Source: Malacoraja senta (taxonomy: Eukaryota). Taken from it: 64,000 nt of DNA. Shown here piece by piece: positions 49,301-62,549 of the stretch; position 1 is the stretch's first letter, and every line of letters begins with the position of its first letter. Made by a program: the position numbers and the translations under genes. The stretch lies in the NCBI GenBank assembly GCA_038087875.1, contig JAXLNO010000270.1, forward strand, positions 1-64,000. Reading direction: 5' to 3'. Below the pieces are notes generated by a model. The model made no database searches. It was not told the origin of the DNA and saw only the letters and a program-made list of their open reading frames with translations.

Positions 49301-50785
49301 GGGAGTGACCGGGGTGGAAAATGTCCTTTATGATGTTCTGGGATTTTTTGAGACAGTGGGAACTGTGTAGGTCCTCCAAGGTGAGGAGAGGGCAGCCGAC
49401 AATATTCTGGGCGTTGTCAATAGCCCTCTGGAGCGCTTTCCTCTTAGCCGCTATGCAGCTGGTGTACCACACGCATACACAGTATTTTAAGATGCTCTCT
49501 ATTGAGCACCGATAAAAGGATAGCAGCAGTCTCTGGGTGATGTTGTTCTTCCTGAGCACCCTCAGGAAGTACAGTCTCTGCTGGACCTTTTTCAGCAGCG
49601 CAGAGGTGTTCACGTTCCATGTCTGGTCCTCCTCAGTGGATTCCCAGGAAGCGGAAATCCGCCACCCTCTCCACACAGTCCCCTCTGATGATTAGTGGTG
49701 TAATGTCCGTTTTCTTCTTCCTGTAATCTATTATGAGCTCCTTGGTCTTTGAGGTGTTGAGGAGCAGGTTATTTTCTCCACACCACCCTGTCAGCTGCTC
49801 CACCTCATCCCTGTATGCGTACTCATTCCCCCCCAGAGATGAGCCCCACCACCGTGGTGTCATCCACGAATTTGACAATGGTGTTACTGTGGTGGTACAC
49901 TTCTTCCGACGACAGCGAGACGACTTGAACCCAGAGTTGTGTACGAGCATGAACGCATAAAGCAGCGCGTTCAGCAGCAAGCTGACAATTACAATAGGTC
50001 AGCTAAACACCTTTGCACACTTCATGAGGGCGACACAGTGCGAATGCAGCCCCTCGAACAAGGAAAGAAGAGTTGGGAGAAAGCCATCGTTTCTCGCAAG
50101 CTTGACGAGCGTTCATATGTGGTTCAGAGGCCATCTGGCATATACCCTCGCAATCGCGTACATCTCCGCAAGACCTGCGAATATCCACCAGACGATCTAG
50201 TCGCACGTCAACATGCGAAGCACTGCCAGACCATCAAAGACTAGGGCGAATCTACTACAACGACCACAACTAACGCGACACGGGCGTTGAAACTGAAGAG
50301 AAAACGGCAACTTAGCGAACTGAGAAAAACAAGAACATTGACATAAACGAAACAGTGAGAACTCGCTCAGGTCGAGCTGTGAGACCGCCTAAGAATTTCG
50401 GAGACTATGTGACCCATTGATTTAGTTCGTATCAATTGTTATGTCTGTATGGGGTTGCAAGTGTGATAAAACAAGTTTATGTAAATAAGATAATGAAGGG
50501 AAGGAAATTTAACTTTAGAAAACGTGTTATTTTCTCACTTGGACAGATATATACATTGCACAGCTGTACGCTTTCTCTTTTGAGGGGAAGATATGATATG
50601 CGTAATGTGCCATTAAACGACTTAATAACGTCCACGCATGTGCAGGGGTTCCAGGCATGCGTGGGATTTTTACTTACTGGAAAATCTTGCCCTTGAACAC
50701 ATCTAATATGCCGCTGCGCATCATTGCTATTAAGTGTGAGGCGTCGCACTTTGTGAACAACCGGTGCAGTAATTGAAATAAACAC
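46395..50785 (+). mobile_element. Decayed Gypsy/Ty3 LTR retrotransposon pol (PR-RT-RH-IN) with PPT and probable 3' LTR remnant; gag and 5' LTR not seen
   Basis: FQVNNGAS (protease relic), LRVCIDPRPLN, VADDILIYG, CDASNKGLGA, IEKEMLA, HSSHLG, SDNGPQY, NGKAE; purine tract gaggggaaga at 50582-50591. Confidence 0.93.
48994..49895 (-). mobile_element. 5'-truncated Rex1/Babar LINE inserted in the Gypsy integrase
   Basis: QQRLYFLRVL, FYRCSIESIL, HPGHSLFELLPSGRRYRS; target-site duplication tacactt at 48987-48993 and 49896-49902. Confidence 0.93.
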
Positions 50786-51400
50786 AAAGACCTTTGTCAA
50801 GGCTCCCGCAATCTCCTCTCTTGCCTCCCTCAACAACCTGCCATCGATCCCATCAGGTCTTGGCGATTTAGCCACCATAATGCTCTTCAATATCCCCAAC
50901 ACCTCCTCCTTCTTATTCTCAAACTGCTGTTCTATATTGACATTCTACATACTGATCTCACTCTTCCTGATGTCATAATTCGTGGTGAAGACAGATGCAA
51001 AACATTCTTCTATGACTTGCCAACATCCTCTGATTCAAACCACAAATTTATTCGAAAACCATTGAGCAGTCCTACCTTCACTTATGTCCTTAATGTCCGT
51101 ATAAAAATTATTCTGATTTTTCTAAGTCTCACTGACCAAAGCCACACACGGGCCCATTTTAGCTCTCCTAATTTCCAGCTTGAATTATTTCCACCTTCAT
51201 TTATAATCCTCAAATGCCCTAAATATTTCTGATTTCATCTTGTTAAAAATTGCGTACACTGCGTTTACCTTTTTGACTTAATTTACCTCTTTAATTGCCC
51301 AAGGTTCCCTACATTTACCATTCCCATCCGTCCCTCTTACGGGAACATGACACACATGAAACTTATTCAATAGGCCTTTAAACCACACCAACAAGTCAGT
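50786..51400 (-). mobile_element. Old CR1 ORF2 linker fragment
   Basis: KSPRPDGIDGRLLREAREEIAGAL. Confidence 0.75.
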
Positions 51401-51519
51401 TGTGCACATAACATTGCTTCCCGATGCGCATTGATAAGGACTTTTAATAAACCAACGTTAGAAGGACTCACCGCTAATCTACTAGATGTTGCAACAATCC
51501 ATCCTCCAGGGTTGATTGA

Positions 51520-52000
51520 ATACTTACGAGGATGTTGCCAGGACTAGACGGTCTGAGGTATAGGGAGTGGTTGAGTATGCTGGAAGTCTATTCCTTGGAT
51601 CGCAGGAGGATGAGGGGTGATCTTATAGAGGTGTATTAGACCATTAGAGAAATAGATCGGTAGATGTCCAGAGCCTCTTGCCAGGAGAAGGCGAATCGAA
51701 GACCAGAGGACATGCGTTTAAGGTGATGGGGAAAATATTTAGTAGGAATCTGAGTGGTAACTTTTTCACACAGAGAGTGGTGGCTGTATGGTACAAGCTA
51801 CCACAGAAGGTAGATGAAGCTAGAACTGTCCCAACCATTAAGGATTGATTAGACCGGTTAATGAATTGGATAGATTTGGAGGGGTATGGTATAAACGCGG
51901 GAAGGTGGGACTAGTGTAGGTGGGACTTATTGGCCGGTGTGGGAAAGTTGGCCGAAGGGCTTATTTCTGCGCTGTATCACTCAATGGCTCTGTGACTTAG
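51520..52000 (+). mobile_element. CR1 3' end fragment
   Basis: RMLPGL...RRRMRGDLIEVY remnant plus 3' UTR. Confidence 0.82.
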
Positions 52001-52069
52001 ATCCCATTCGACTCATCCGGTCAAAATGCCCCATGAAAATATGTCCAATTTGTCAGCTGATGGAGAGAC

Positions 52070-52560
52070 AGCCGTGTCAGGCGCAAAGGCAGACAGGTCG
52101 GGGACCATGCGTAATCCAGCAACCTGGGCTGATGTGTGTAGTGGAGAGGCAAACACGAGTCAGTTGTGTCTGGCGGAAAGGCAGACAGGTCGGGGACCAT
52201 GCGTAATACAGCAACCTGGGCTGATGTGTGTAGTGGAGAGGCAAACACGAATCAGTTGTGTCTGGCGCAAAGGCAGACAGGTCGGGGACCATGCGTAATA
52301 TAGCAACCTGGGCTGATGTGTGTAGTGGAGAGGCAAACACGAATCAGTTGTGTCTGGCGGAGAGGCAGAGGTTTGTGGAAAAGATGCAGACGTCTATGGC
52401 GGATGGGGTGACGTGTCGGGCGAAGGAACATACGTGTCCGGAAGAGAGGGTTACGTGTCTGGTTGGAGGAAAGGCGCGTCTCTTTGAGCGGAAGACGTGT
52501 TTGCCAGAGGGGAGCACATGCCATGCGGAGGGGATGTGTCTGGATGGTAAACAGGGAAAA
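52070..52560. repeat. 92-bp tandem repeat x3 (52070-52368) followed by degenerate 21-bp units
   Basis: aggcagacagg at 52087, 52179, 52271; base unit like acgtgtctggcggagaggcag. Confidence 0.88.
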
Positions 52561-52869
52561 TGTTGTACGGCACATTTACCGTTGCTGCAGGCCCACGCAA
52601 CGTCCAGGCATAAGTGGCCCTCTGCGATCTGCAGTCTCCTTCCTGGACTCCACTCCACTCGCTATCCCTATCCGCGTCGCTCCATGACGGAAGCCACCGT
52701 GAGTGCAGGGCATCACCTCGAGTGACGAGACGGTGTTTCAGACTATCCTGTGATAGGGTGTCATGGGGGTAGGGTAACATTCTCGATGGGTGCAGGATTG
52801 GGACTTGGGATTTAGCTACTGCTGAGTCCTGCAGTGTACCGGAGTTTGTGAGCATTGGGTTCCGTGTGC

Positions 52870-53910
52870 TAGGATTTGGAATGCCCCTTCTTGATTTGGA
52901 TTAAACAGGTTCCTGGATGCTATAACGGGAGTGTGGATTACACATGGTGCTGCACCTGGGGTGCAGATTACAGAAGTAACCAGATCCAGGGACTGGAATG
53001 TGAATTACAGAGTGTCCCCGATGCTGGAACGGGTGCCGGATTACACATGGTCTTGGACCTGGGATGCTGATTGCACAAGAATACGGGTCCGTGGATGTAG
53101 TGTGGATTATCCAGAGTCCCGGGTGCTAGACGGGGCGTGTGGATTATACAGGGTTGCGGGTGCAAGAACGCGCGTATGGATTACACATAATCCTGGACCC
53201 GCGATGCTGATGACACTCGCACACGGGTACCGTGACGCGGGTGTGGATTGCATTGGGTCCCACCCGAGCCGTGCGCATTACACAGCGTTCGAAAATTGGG
53301 GGCTATAGATTAATCAGCGTCCTGGTTGCTGGGACCATGGTTGAGATTACACATAGTTCCAGGCCAGCCTGTGATGATTACACCGTGTCCTAGGATGAGG
53401 TGTGTCAGTACCCATGTCCGTCCACTACCCAGTGCCTCGCACTCTGGGGTGGGATAATACGATGTCCTGTGACGGAGATTTTAGATTAAAACCTGCGTCG
53501 GAGTCAGTGGTGCGTATTCCACAGGGTCCTGCGACGAATTATATTGATTATATGTGGTTTGGCAACACACAGTGTTCTGGGTCCTGGGATGGGGGCGTGG
53601 ATTACACAGATATCTAGGACGCCGTGTGTGGGTTAAAATAAAACATGTACTAAAGAATGTCCGCATCCTGGCATAGGCGTATGGATTAAACTGTGTCAAG
53701 TGTCCCAAACCGGAGAGTGGCAATGTATATTACGCCGGGTCAGGGTCCCGAGTCATAGGATTACACGAGATTCTCAATCGCGAGACGAGTTTTTAGATTG
53801 CACATGGCTCTGGGCTCTGGTGTGTTCATTAAAGTTTCCGGATACGGCATGCGGATGGGACGCGGATGTGCCAACCAGAGAGATCCGGGCCGAAGATTTA
53901 GAGATTGCAT
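52870..53910. repeat. Second degenerate GGATTACAC-core array, colinear with ~6980-8130
   Basis: Shared unique stretches e.g. ccggagagtggcaat..atattacgcc at ~7930 and ~53710. Confidence 0.88.
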
Positions 53911-53914
53911 AGAG

Positions 53915-54250
53915 ATCCCGATGTTGGGGATGTCCAGGACAAGGGGTCACAGCTTAAGGATAGAACGGAAATCCTTTAGGACCGAGATGAGAAAAACTTT
54001 TTTCACACAGAGAGTGTTGAATCTCTGGAACTCTCTGCCACAGAAGGTAGTTGAGGCCAGTTCATTGGCTATATTTAAGAGGGAATTAGATGTGGCCCTT
54101 GTGGCTAAATGGATGAGGGGGTATGGAGAGAAGGCAGGTACGGGATTCTGATTTGGATGATCAGCCATGATCGCATTGAATGACGGTGCAGGCTCGAAGG
54201 GCCGAATGACATACTCCTGCACCTATTTTCTATGTTTCTATGCTTCTATG
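53915..54250 (+). mobile_element. CR1 (family A) 3' end fragment
   Basis: PMLGMSRTRGHSLRI...; hairpin and tctatgtt tail. Confidence 0.92.
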
Positions 54251-54356
54251 AGAACAGTGAGTGAATTGGCGAAAAATCGTGGTGCTATCTCGAACTGTTT
54301 TTGCGCAAATAAAATGCGCGCACAAACCGAAGATAACAAGATCAGAGTTTTTGTTA

Positions 54357-55612
<1,256 letters not shown>

Positions 55613-58213
55613 TCAATACATTTGCATTCTGTACTGCGGCATTGATTTATTTGCAATGCCTCGTGCATTTGTACATAGAATATAAAAATGTGCAGTACGT
55701 GAAAAGGCCTTTCAGTTCATAACATCTATGCCGAACATGATAGAGTCATAGAGTGATACAGCGTGTAAACAGTCATTTCGGCCCATTGCCCACACCGGCC
55801 AACATGTCCCAGCTACAACATTGCCACCTGCCTGCATTTGGTTCATATCCCTCCAAACCTGTCCAATCCGTGTACCTTTCTAACGATTTCATGAACGCTG
55901 GGATAGTCCCAGCCTCCACTACATCATCTGGAAGATAGTTCCATGCACCCACCACCATTTGTTTAGTTTAGTTTAGAGATACAGCGCGGAAACAGGCTCT
56001 TCGGCCCACCGAGTCCGCACCGACCCGCGATTCCCGCATACTAACGCTACCCAACACACAATAGGGACTATGTTACATTTATACCAAGCCAATTAACATG
56101 CAAACCTATACGTCTTTGCAGTGTGGGAGGAAACCGGGGATCTCGGTGAAAACCCACGCAGGTCACGGGAGAACGGACATACTCTGTACAGACATCACTC
56201 GCAGTCGGGATCGAGCCAGTGTCTCTTGCGCGGTAAGCGCTGCAAGGCAGCAACTCTATCGCTGTGCCAACGTGCGAATGAAAAAGTTACCCATCAGATT
56301 CCTATTTAATCTTTTTCTCTCTACAAATCTGTGTTGTCTGGTCCTCGATTCATCCGCACTCGGAAAGAGACTGTGCATCTATCCGATCTATTCCTCTAAT
56401 GATATTATACACCTCTCTAAGATCAACCCTCATCCTCCTGCGCTCCAAGGAATAGAGTTCCAGCGTACTCAACCGCTCCATATAGAACGAATCCTCTAGT
56501 CCTGGCAACATTCTCGTAAATATTATCTGTACCATTTTCACCGTAACAACATATTTGCTATAACATGGTGCCCAGATCTTAACACAATACACTATATGCG
56601 ACCTCGTCATCTTCTAAAACAACTGCAAAATGACCTCCCAACTTCTATACTAAATAGTCTGAGTGATGATGGCCAATGTGCTAAATGCCTTCTTGACCAC
56701 CTTATCTACAGTACCTGCGACTCGAACTTCATGGAACCATGCATCTGCACTACTAGATCGCTCTTCTCGACAACACTCCCCAGAGCCCACCATTCACTGT
56801 GTAGGTCGTGCCCATGTGAGCCTTCCCAAAATCCAACACCACACATATTAAATTCCATCAACCATTCCTATGCTCACCTGACAAATCGATCAAGATACTG
56901 ATGCCATTTTTTACAACCGTCTTCACCATCAGCAAAATCATCCACTTTTTTTATCATCAGCAATTTTGCCATGTATGTTGTCGTCAAAATCATTGATGTA
57001 GATGACAAACAGTAACGGGCTCAGCACCGAACCCTGAGGCACACCACCAGTCAGAGGCCACCAGCCCGATAAGCAACCTTCCACCATCGACCACTGCTTC
57101 CTTCCGTGAAACGAATTTGCTATACATTCAGCTATCTCTCTTTGGATCACATGCGATCTAACCTACCATGCGGAACCTTGTCGAATGCCTCACTGAAATC
57201 CATATATACAACATCGACAGGTCACTTCTCAACGACTTTTTGGTCACATCTGCAAAAATCTCAATCAGACTTGTGGGGCACGACCGTCCACGTACAAAAC
57301 CATGCTGACTATCCCTAATCAGCCCTTAGTGCCTGTATATCCAAATACATGTGGAAAAGGTTGCTTATCAGGCTGGTGGCCTGCGACTAGTAGTGTGCCT
57401 CAGGGTTCGTTGCTGAGCCGGTTACTGTTTGTCATCTACCCCGCTGACTCTGCCATATCCTTATTTCCTGTTCAATTTACCAGTCCTATTGTTCCCTTTA
57501 AATTCCCTTTATTGCCTGAGATTACCTTTATTGTGTCGTGCCTCTCAGCGTCACTGCCTTATCAATATTTGCAGTGATCATCCTAATGACATCTAAATGG
57601 CAGGACGCAATAAAGTGACAGAGCAAAATATATTCATTAATAAGCCGTCAATATGCAAGAGTAACTTGGAGAACGGAGGAAAAGCTCAAAACGACTCATG
57701 AACGTACATTCCTCAGTGAAATATCCAGCAGCAAACCGCATATTTATGCACCATTAAAGTAACTTTCTGCCACATTTCTATGTGCTGCAATTAGTGTTAC
57801 AATTGATAGGTGACCGAGAATCAACAAACCGACGCAAAACCTAAGCACAGTGCTGAACTACTATCTAACTCTTTGATCACCCAGCTTTCCCCCTTGGTCG
57901 GACTTTGCTGGCTTTACCTTCCACTAAGCGTTATTTATTTATTATGTAGTCCCTTATCACTGTGAATGGATCGATTGTAATCATGGGCTCTCTTTCTGCT
58001 GACTGGTTAGCACGTAACAAAATATTTTCACTGTATCTCGGTACACGTGACAAAATACTAAACTAACCTAAACTAAACTCAACTAATATAAGCACATTTT
58101 TGAAAACAGTTTAACCTTCATGACATTACACTGAATTTTCAACCCCCTGCGTTGGAAACCTCTCATGACAGCATTACAACTAATTGCATGTAATATCCTC
58201 GATGAGCTAAACA
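55613..58213 (+). repeat. Segmental duplicate of 40894-44616 (lacks the 41960-43160 CR1 insert)
   Basis: Same order of unique sequence, SINE, old CR1 and Rex-like tail; both end at taatatcctcgatga.ctaaaca. Confidence 0.93.
55960..56275 (-). mobile_element. HE1/V-SINE-like SINE (paralog of 41243-41556)
   Basis: Same sequence and context. Confidence 0.85.
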
Positions 58214-58517
58214 TATAACACATGCACAATGAGTAAAACTCGTTTTTGGTAAGTGTTTGTTCAATGGGCTGTGTCTAACGTGACTCTGGGGGTATTAATT
58301 AGCTCAGTGGACGTTGCGTGGTGTATAAGTACACGGGGATCTGCTGCATGTCGCTATTAGGAACGCTTCGTACGATGATCGCTGCTTCAGGTAGAAAATG
58401 GAGTATCCAGCGATTTTCCTCGTTCCAAAAAATTACTATCCTGTACTTGCAGCGATCGGCATTCCTGGTAAGGTACTAGAACTGACTCGGCGACAGTTTC
58501 AAGGAACAGTTAGGTAA

Positions 58518-58843
58518 GGCGGCACGGTGGCCCAGCGATAGAGTTGCTGTCTTACAGCTCTTTCTGCACTTTCAGCGCCAGAGACCCAGGTTCGATCCTT
58601 AATACTGGTGCTGTCTGTTCGGCGTTTGTACGTTCTCCTCGTGAACTGCGTGGGTTTCTCCAAGAACTTCGGTGTCCCCCCTCGCTCCAAAGACGTACGG
58701 GATTGTAGGCTTATTGGCTTGGTAAATATGTAAACAATGGCCCTAATATGTGTTGGATAGTGCTAATGTGCGGGGATCGCTGGTCGGTGCGGATTCGTTG
58801 GGCATGTTTCAGCGCTGTATCTCTAAACTAAACTAAACTGAAC
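58518..58843 (+). mobile_element. HE1/V-SINE-like tRNA-derived SINE, full length
   Basis: A-box-like tggcccagcgatag, B box ggttcgatcc, (ctaaa)n tail. Confidence 0.88.
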
Positions 58844-59193
58844 GTACACTTGGTTCGCCAACGCCTATTTGTTCTGATGGTTGCTAAGCATTTTAAATCG
58901 CCTTTCATTCACATATTGACCTTCTGACCTGCACCTTTGTCAGAGAGCGGCGGCACACAAACCGAATGACAACTCCTCATAATCCGTTTGATTAGCGTAC
59001 AAACTGATTGATTGCTTTCTCCAATATTAGGCATCTAACCCACATCCACACCCTCCCCTATCTCCCACTCACTTCTATGTTCTACCACCGGTCCTCGCAC
59101 CCAATTCTATCAAACACCTCCCCTTTCATCGTCATTTCTTCCTCTGTCTTCACAATGCACATCCTTTGACATTGTCTTTTGACATCTGCGAAT

Positions 59194-59460
59194 TTTAGTT
59201 TAGTTCAGTTTTGAGATATAGCGCGAAAACAGGTCCTTCGGCCCACCCATTCCGCCCATTGATCCCCACACCGTAACAATATCCAACACAGATTAGATAC
59301 AATTTAAACTTATACAAAATCAATTAACCTACATGTACGTTTTTATAGTGTGGAATGCAACCGGAGCACCCACACAGTTCAAGGGGAGAAGGTACAAACT
59401 CCATGCAGACAGTATCCGTAGGCCGGATCAAATCCGGGTCTCTGGCAGCAACTCCACCAT
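59194..59460 (-). mobile_element. Degenerate HE1/V-SINE-like SINE
   Basis: ttagttcagttttgagatatagcgcgaaaacagg...aaccggagcaccc. Confidence 0.7.
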
Positions 59461-59552
59461 GATGAACCATCTGCTCAACTGTATCCACCTATAATTCGCC
59501 AGGCTTTGCTATGTCGCTCATTTTTTATAGGTTTCCCCAACCACCACAACCA

Positions 59553-59780
59553 ATCTGAAGAAGGGACCCGAGCCGTTGCTGACCCTCTGAGTTACCCCAG
59601 CACTTTGTATCTATCCGTGTTCTCCAGAGATGTTGCTTGACAAGCTGAGTTACAACACACTTTGTTCGGATCCATGTTCGGCAGATACGCTGCCTGATCC
59701 GCTGAGTTACTCCCCCACTTTGTACCTATCGTGTATTCCAGAGATGTTGCCTGACCAACTGAATTTATCCTGTGCGTTGT
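59553..59780 (+). repeat. Penelope-tail derivative with about 4 tandem ~57-bp units
   Basis: Starts ctgaagaaggg; repeated agatg.tgc.tga..cgctgagttac...cactttgt. Confidence 0.7.
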
Positions 59781-59944
59781 GCATGCTTTACATTATTGAC
59801 TGTCGTTCCTTGTATCTGGTAGTTGCCTGGCTCATCTTTCATATTTGGATTCTTACAACGAAGACTCGCCGTTTACTGAGACAAATTTCCTCCGTGCCAA
59901 AGATCTCGCTGTGTGGCAGTCGCGAAGATAATCATTCTATTAAT

Positions 59945-60095
59945 AGACGCAAAATGCTGGAGTAACACAGCGGGACGGGCAGCATATCTGGAGGTAAGGA
60001 GTGGGTGACGTTTTGGACGTCTTTGTACCGTTCTTCTCGAACTGAAACGTCACCCATTCTTTCTCTCCCGAGATGTTGCCTGTCCCGCTGAGTAA
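59945..60095. repeat. Palindromic (head-to-head) Penelope-tail element
   Basis: cagcgggacgggcagcat...gggtgacgttt pairs with aaacgtcaccc...atgttgcctgtcccgctg. Confidence 0.8.
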
Positions 60096-60099
60096 AACA

Positions 60100-61560
60100 T
60101 AGCGAAGATGAACGGTAAGCCAGAGGATTGGGGAACATTTAGAGCACAACAGAGGGTAACTAAAAAGGCAATACGGGGAGAAATGATGGACGAAAGTAAG
60201 TTAGCCAAGAATATAAAGGAGGATAGTAAAAGTTTATTTCGTTATATGAAGAGGAAAAGATTAGTTAAGACAAATGTGGGTCCCTTGAAGACCAAACAGG
60301 TGAACGTATTATTGGGAACAAGGAAATGCCAAACGAGTTGAACAGGTACTTTGGTGCTGTCATCACTATGGAACACACGAACAATATTCCAGTTGTCCAC
60401 TGAAGGCTGATAAATCCCCAGGGCTAGAAATCGTGGACGAGGACAGTGGTGATCATATTCCAATATTCTAAAGATTCTGGATCAGTTCCTGTGGATTGAA
60501 TGGTAGGTAAATTTATCCCACTTTTTAAGAAAGTAGGGAGAGAGAACACATGGAATTATGTAGCAGAAAGTTTCATATCGGTGGTGGGGAAAATGCTGGA
60601 GTCGATTATCATAGGTAATAGCGGCGCACATGGATGGCAGTACAAGGATCTGTCTAAGTCAGCATGGATTTAAGAAAGGGAAATCCTGCTTGACAAATCG
60701 TATGCAATTTTTTGAAGATGTAACAAGTAAAATGGAAAAGAGGTACAGTGGATGTAGTGTATTTGATAAGGTCTCACCCAGGTGATTAGTGGGGAAAATT
60801 GAGCACACGGTATAGAGGGTACGATATTGACATGGATATAAAACTGGTTGGCAGATAGAAAACGAAGTTTATGAATTTAGGTTCCCTTTCATAGTGGAAG
60901 GCGGTGAAAAGCCTTGTGCCGCAAGGTTCGGTGCGGGCACAGCTGCTATTTACAATATCTATTAATGATTTAAATGAATAAATTAAACGTGACATTAGCA
61001 AATTCGCAGATGACACGAGGCTGTGTGGCAGTATGAACTGTGATGAGGATACTATGTTGAGAATATGTTCGCGAAGTTAACTCTTGGGATGGTTGGACTG
61101 TCACATGAAGAAAGAATGGAAACACTGTGTTTGTATACAGTGGAACTTAGAAGGGTGATAGGGAATTTTCCAGAAACATAGAATTATTTAGCGATTAGAT
61201 AAGCTAGATGCCGGAAACGTGTTCCCGATGTTGGGGAATCCAGAACCAGGGGCCACAGATTAACAATAAGGGGTGGGCCATTTAGAACCGGGATGATGAA
61301 AACGTTTTCACCCAGAGAGTAGTGAATTTGTGTAATTCTCTGCCTCAGAAGGTAGTGGAGGCCGATTCACTGGATGCATTCACAAGAGAGTTAGATAGAG
61401 GTCTTGGGGCTAGCTGAATCAATGGATATGGGGAGAAGGCGGGACCGGGGTTCTGATTGTGGATGATCAGCCATGATCACATAGAATCGCGGTGCTGGCC
61501 CGAAGGGCCGAAGGGCCTACACCTGTATCTATTTTCTATGGTTCTATGTTTCTATGTTTC
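60100..61560 (+). mobile_element. Decayed, internally deleted CR1 (family C-like) ORF2 and 3' UTR
   Basis: AKNIKEDSKS, KTNVGPL, SKFADD remnants; tctatgtt tail. Confidence 0.87.
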
Positions 61561-61794
61561 ACTCTTTCTCTATCTTCTGTTTAAACTAGCATCTGCAGTA
61601 CCTTCCCACACAAATTATTCTGTTACTTCATTTTCAAATATTGCTTCATGTTACATTAATGGTTTATTTTGTAAGGATATTTGATTTCGAATCTCAACTT
61701 AATCATTTGCACATATGAAGTCTATCTAATTAGCCTACGAAACATCAAAAAATACTGTATGAAAGATTTGCAAACGCTAGATAAAATCGAAGGT

Positions 61795-62540
61795 AGAAAC
61801 AAAGTGCTGGAGTAACTCCGCGGGTGAGGCAGCATCTCTGGAGAGAAGGAATTGACGACGTTTCGAGTCGAGACCCTTCTCAGCCTGATGTCAGGGGAGT
61901 GGGCGGGACAAAGATAGAATGTAGGTGGAGACAATAACACTAGTGGGAGAACAGGGAAGGGGAAGGGCATGGGGGGCGAAAGCAACGGCTATCTGAAGTT
62001 AGAGAACTCAATGTTCATACCGCTATGGTGTAAAGTACCCAAGCGAAACATGAGGTGCTGCTCCTCAAATTAGCGCTGGGCCACACTCTGACAGAAAGGT
62101 AATAGACATAGAACATAGAAAATAGGTGCAGGAGCAGGCCATTCGGCCCTTCGAGTCTGCACCGCCATTCAATATGATCATGGCTGATCATCCAACTCAG
62201 TATCCTGTACCAGTTTTCTCTCCATACCCCCTGATCCCTTTAGCCACAAGGGCCACATCTAACTCCCTCTTAAATATAGCCAATGAACTGGCCTCAACTA
62301 CATTCTGTGGCAAGTCTGATTGGGAATTGAAGGGGGAGTTCAAGTGCTGGGCCCCTTGTGATAGGATAAGACGGAGTGAGCGGAGGTGTCACATCCCGCC
62401 GGAACTCCCTGGTCAACTCGTCCCTTCCCACCCAAAGCACCTCGTCCCCATGTAATTTCCCTTGCAACCGCAGGAGATTCAACACCTGGCCTTTTACCCC
62501 CCCCCCCCCCCCCCCCCCCCCATCGACTCCATCCAAGGAC
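61795..62540 (-). mobile_element. Penelope 3' end (minus, 61795-~62390) with short inverted piece (~62395-62540, plus); interrupted by a CR1 tail
   Basis: Reverse complement of 63735-64000 plus hammerhead-like tail. Confidence 0.8.
62102..62312 (-). mobile_element. CR1 (family A) 3' end fragment
   Basis: catagaacatagaaaataggtgcaggag... Confidence 0.92.
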
Positions 62541-62549
62541 TCAAATTAC

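Noticed and set aside
58518..58620. tRNA gene
   Set aside because: A/B boxes belong to the head of an HE1/V-SINE; no complete cloverleaf
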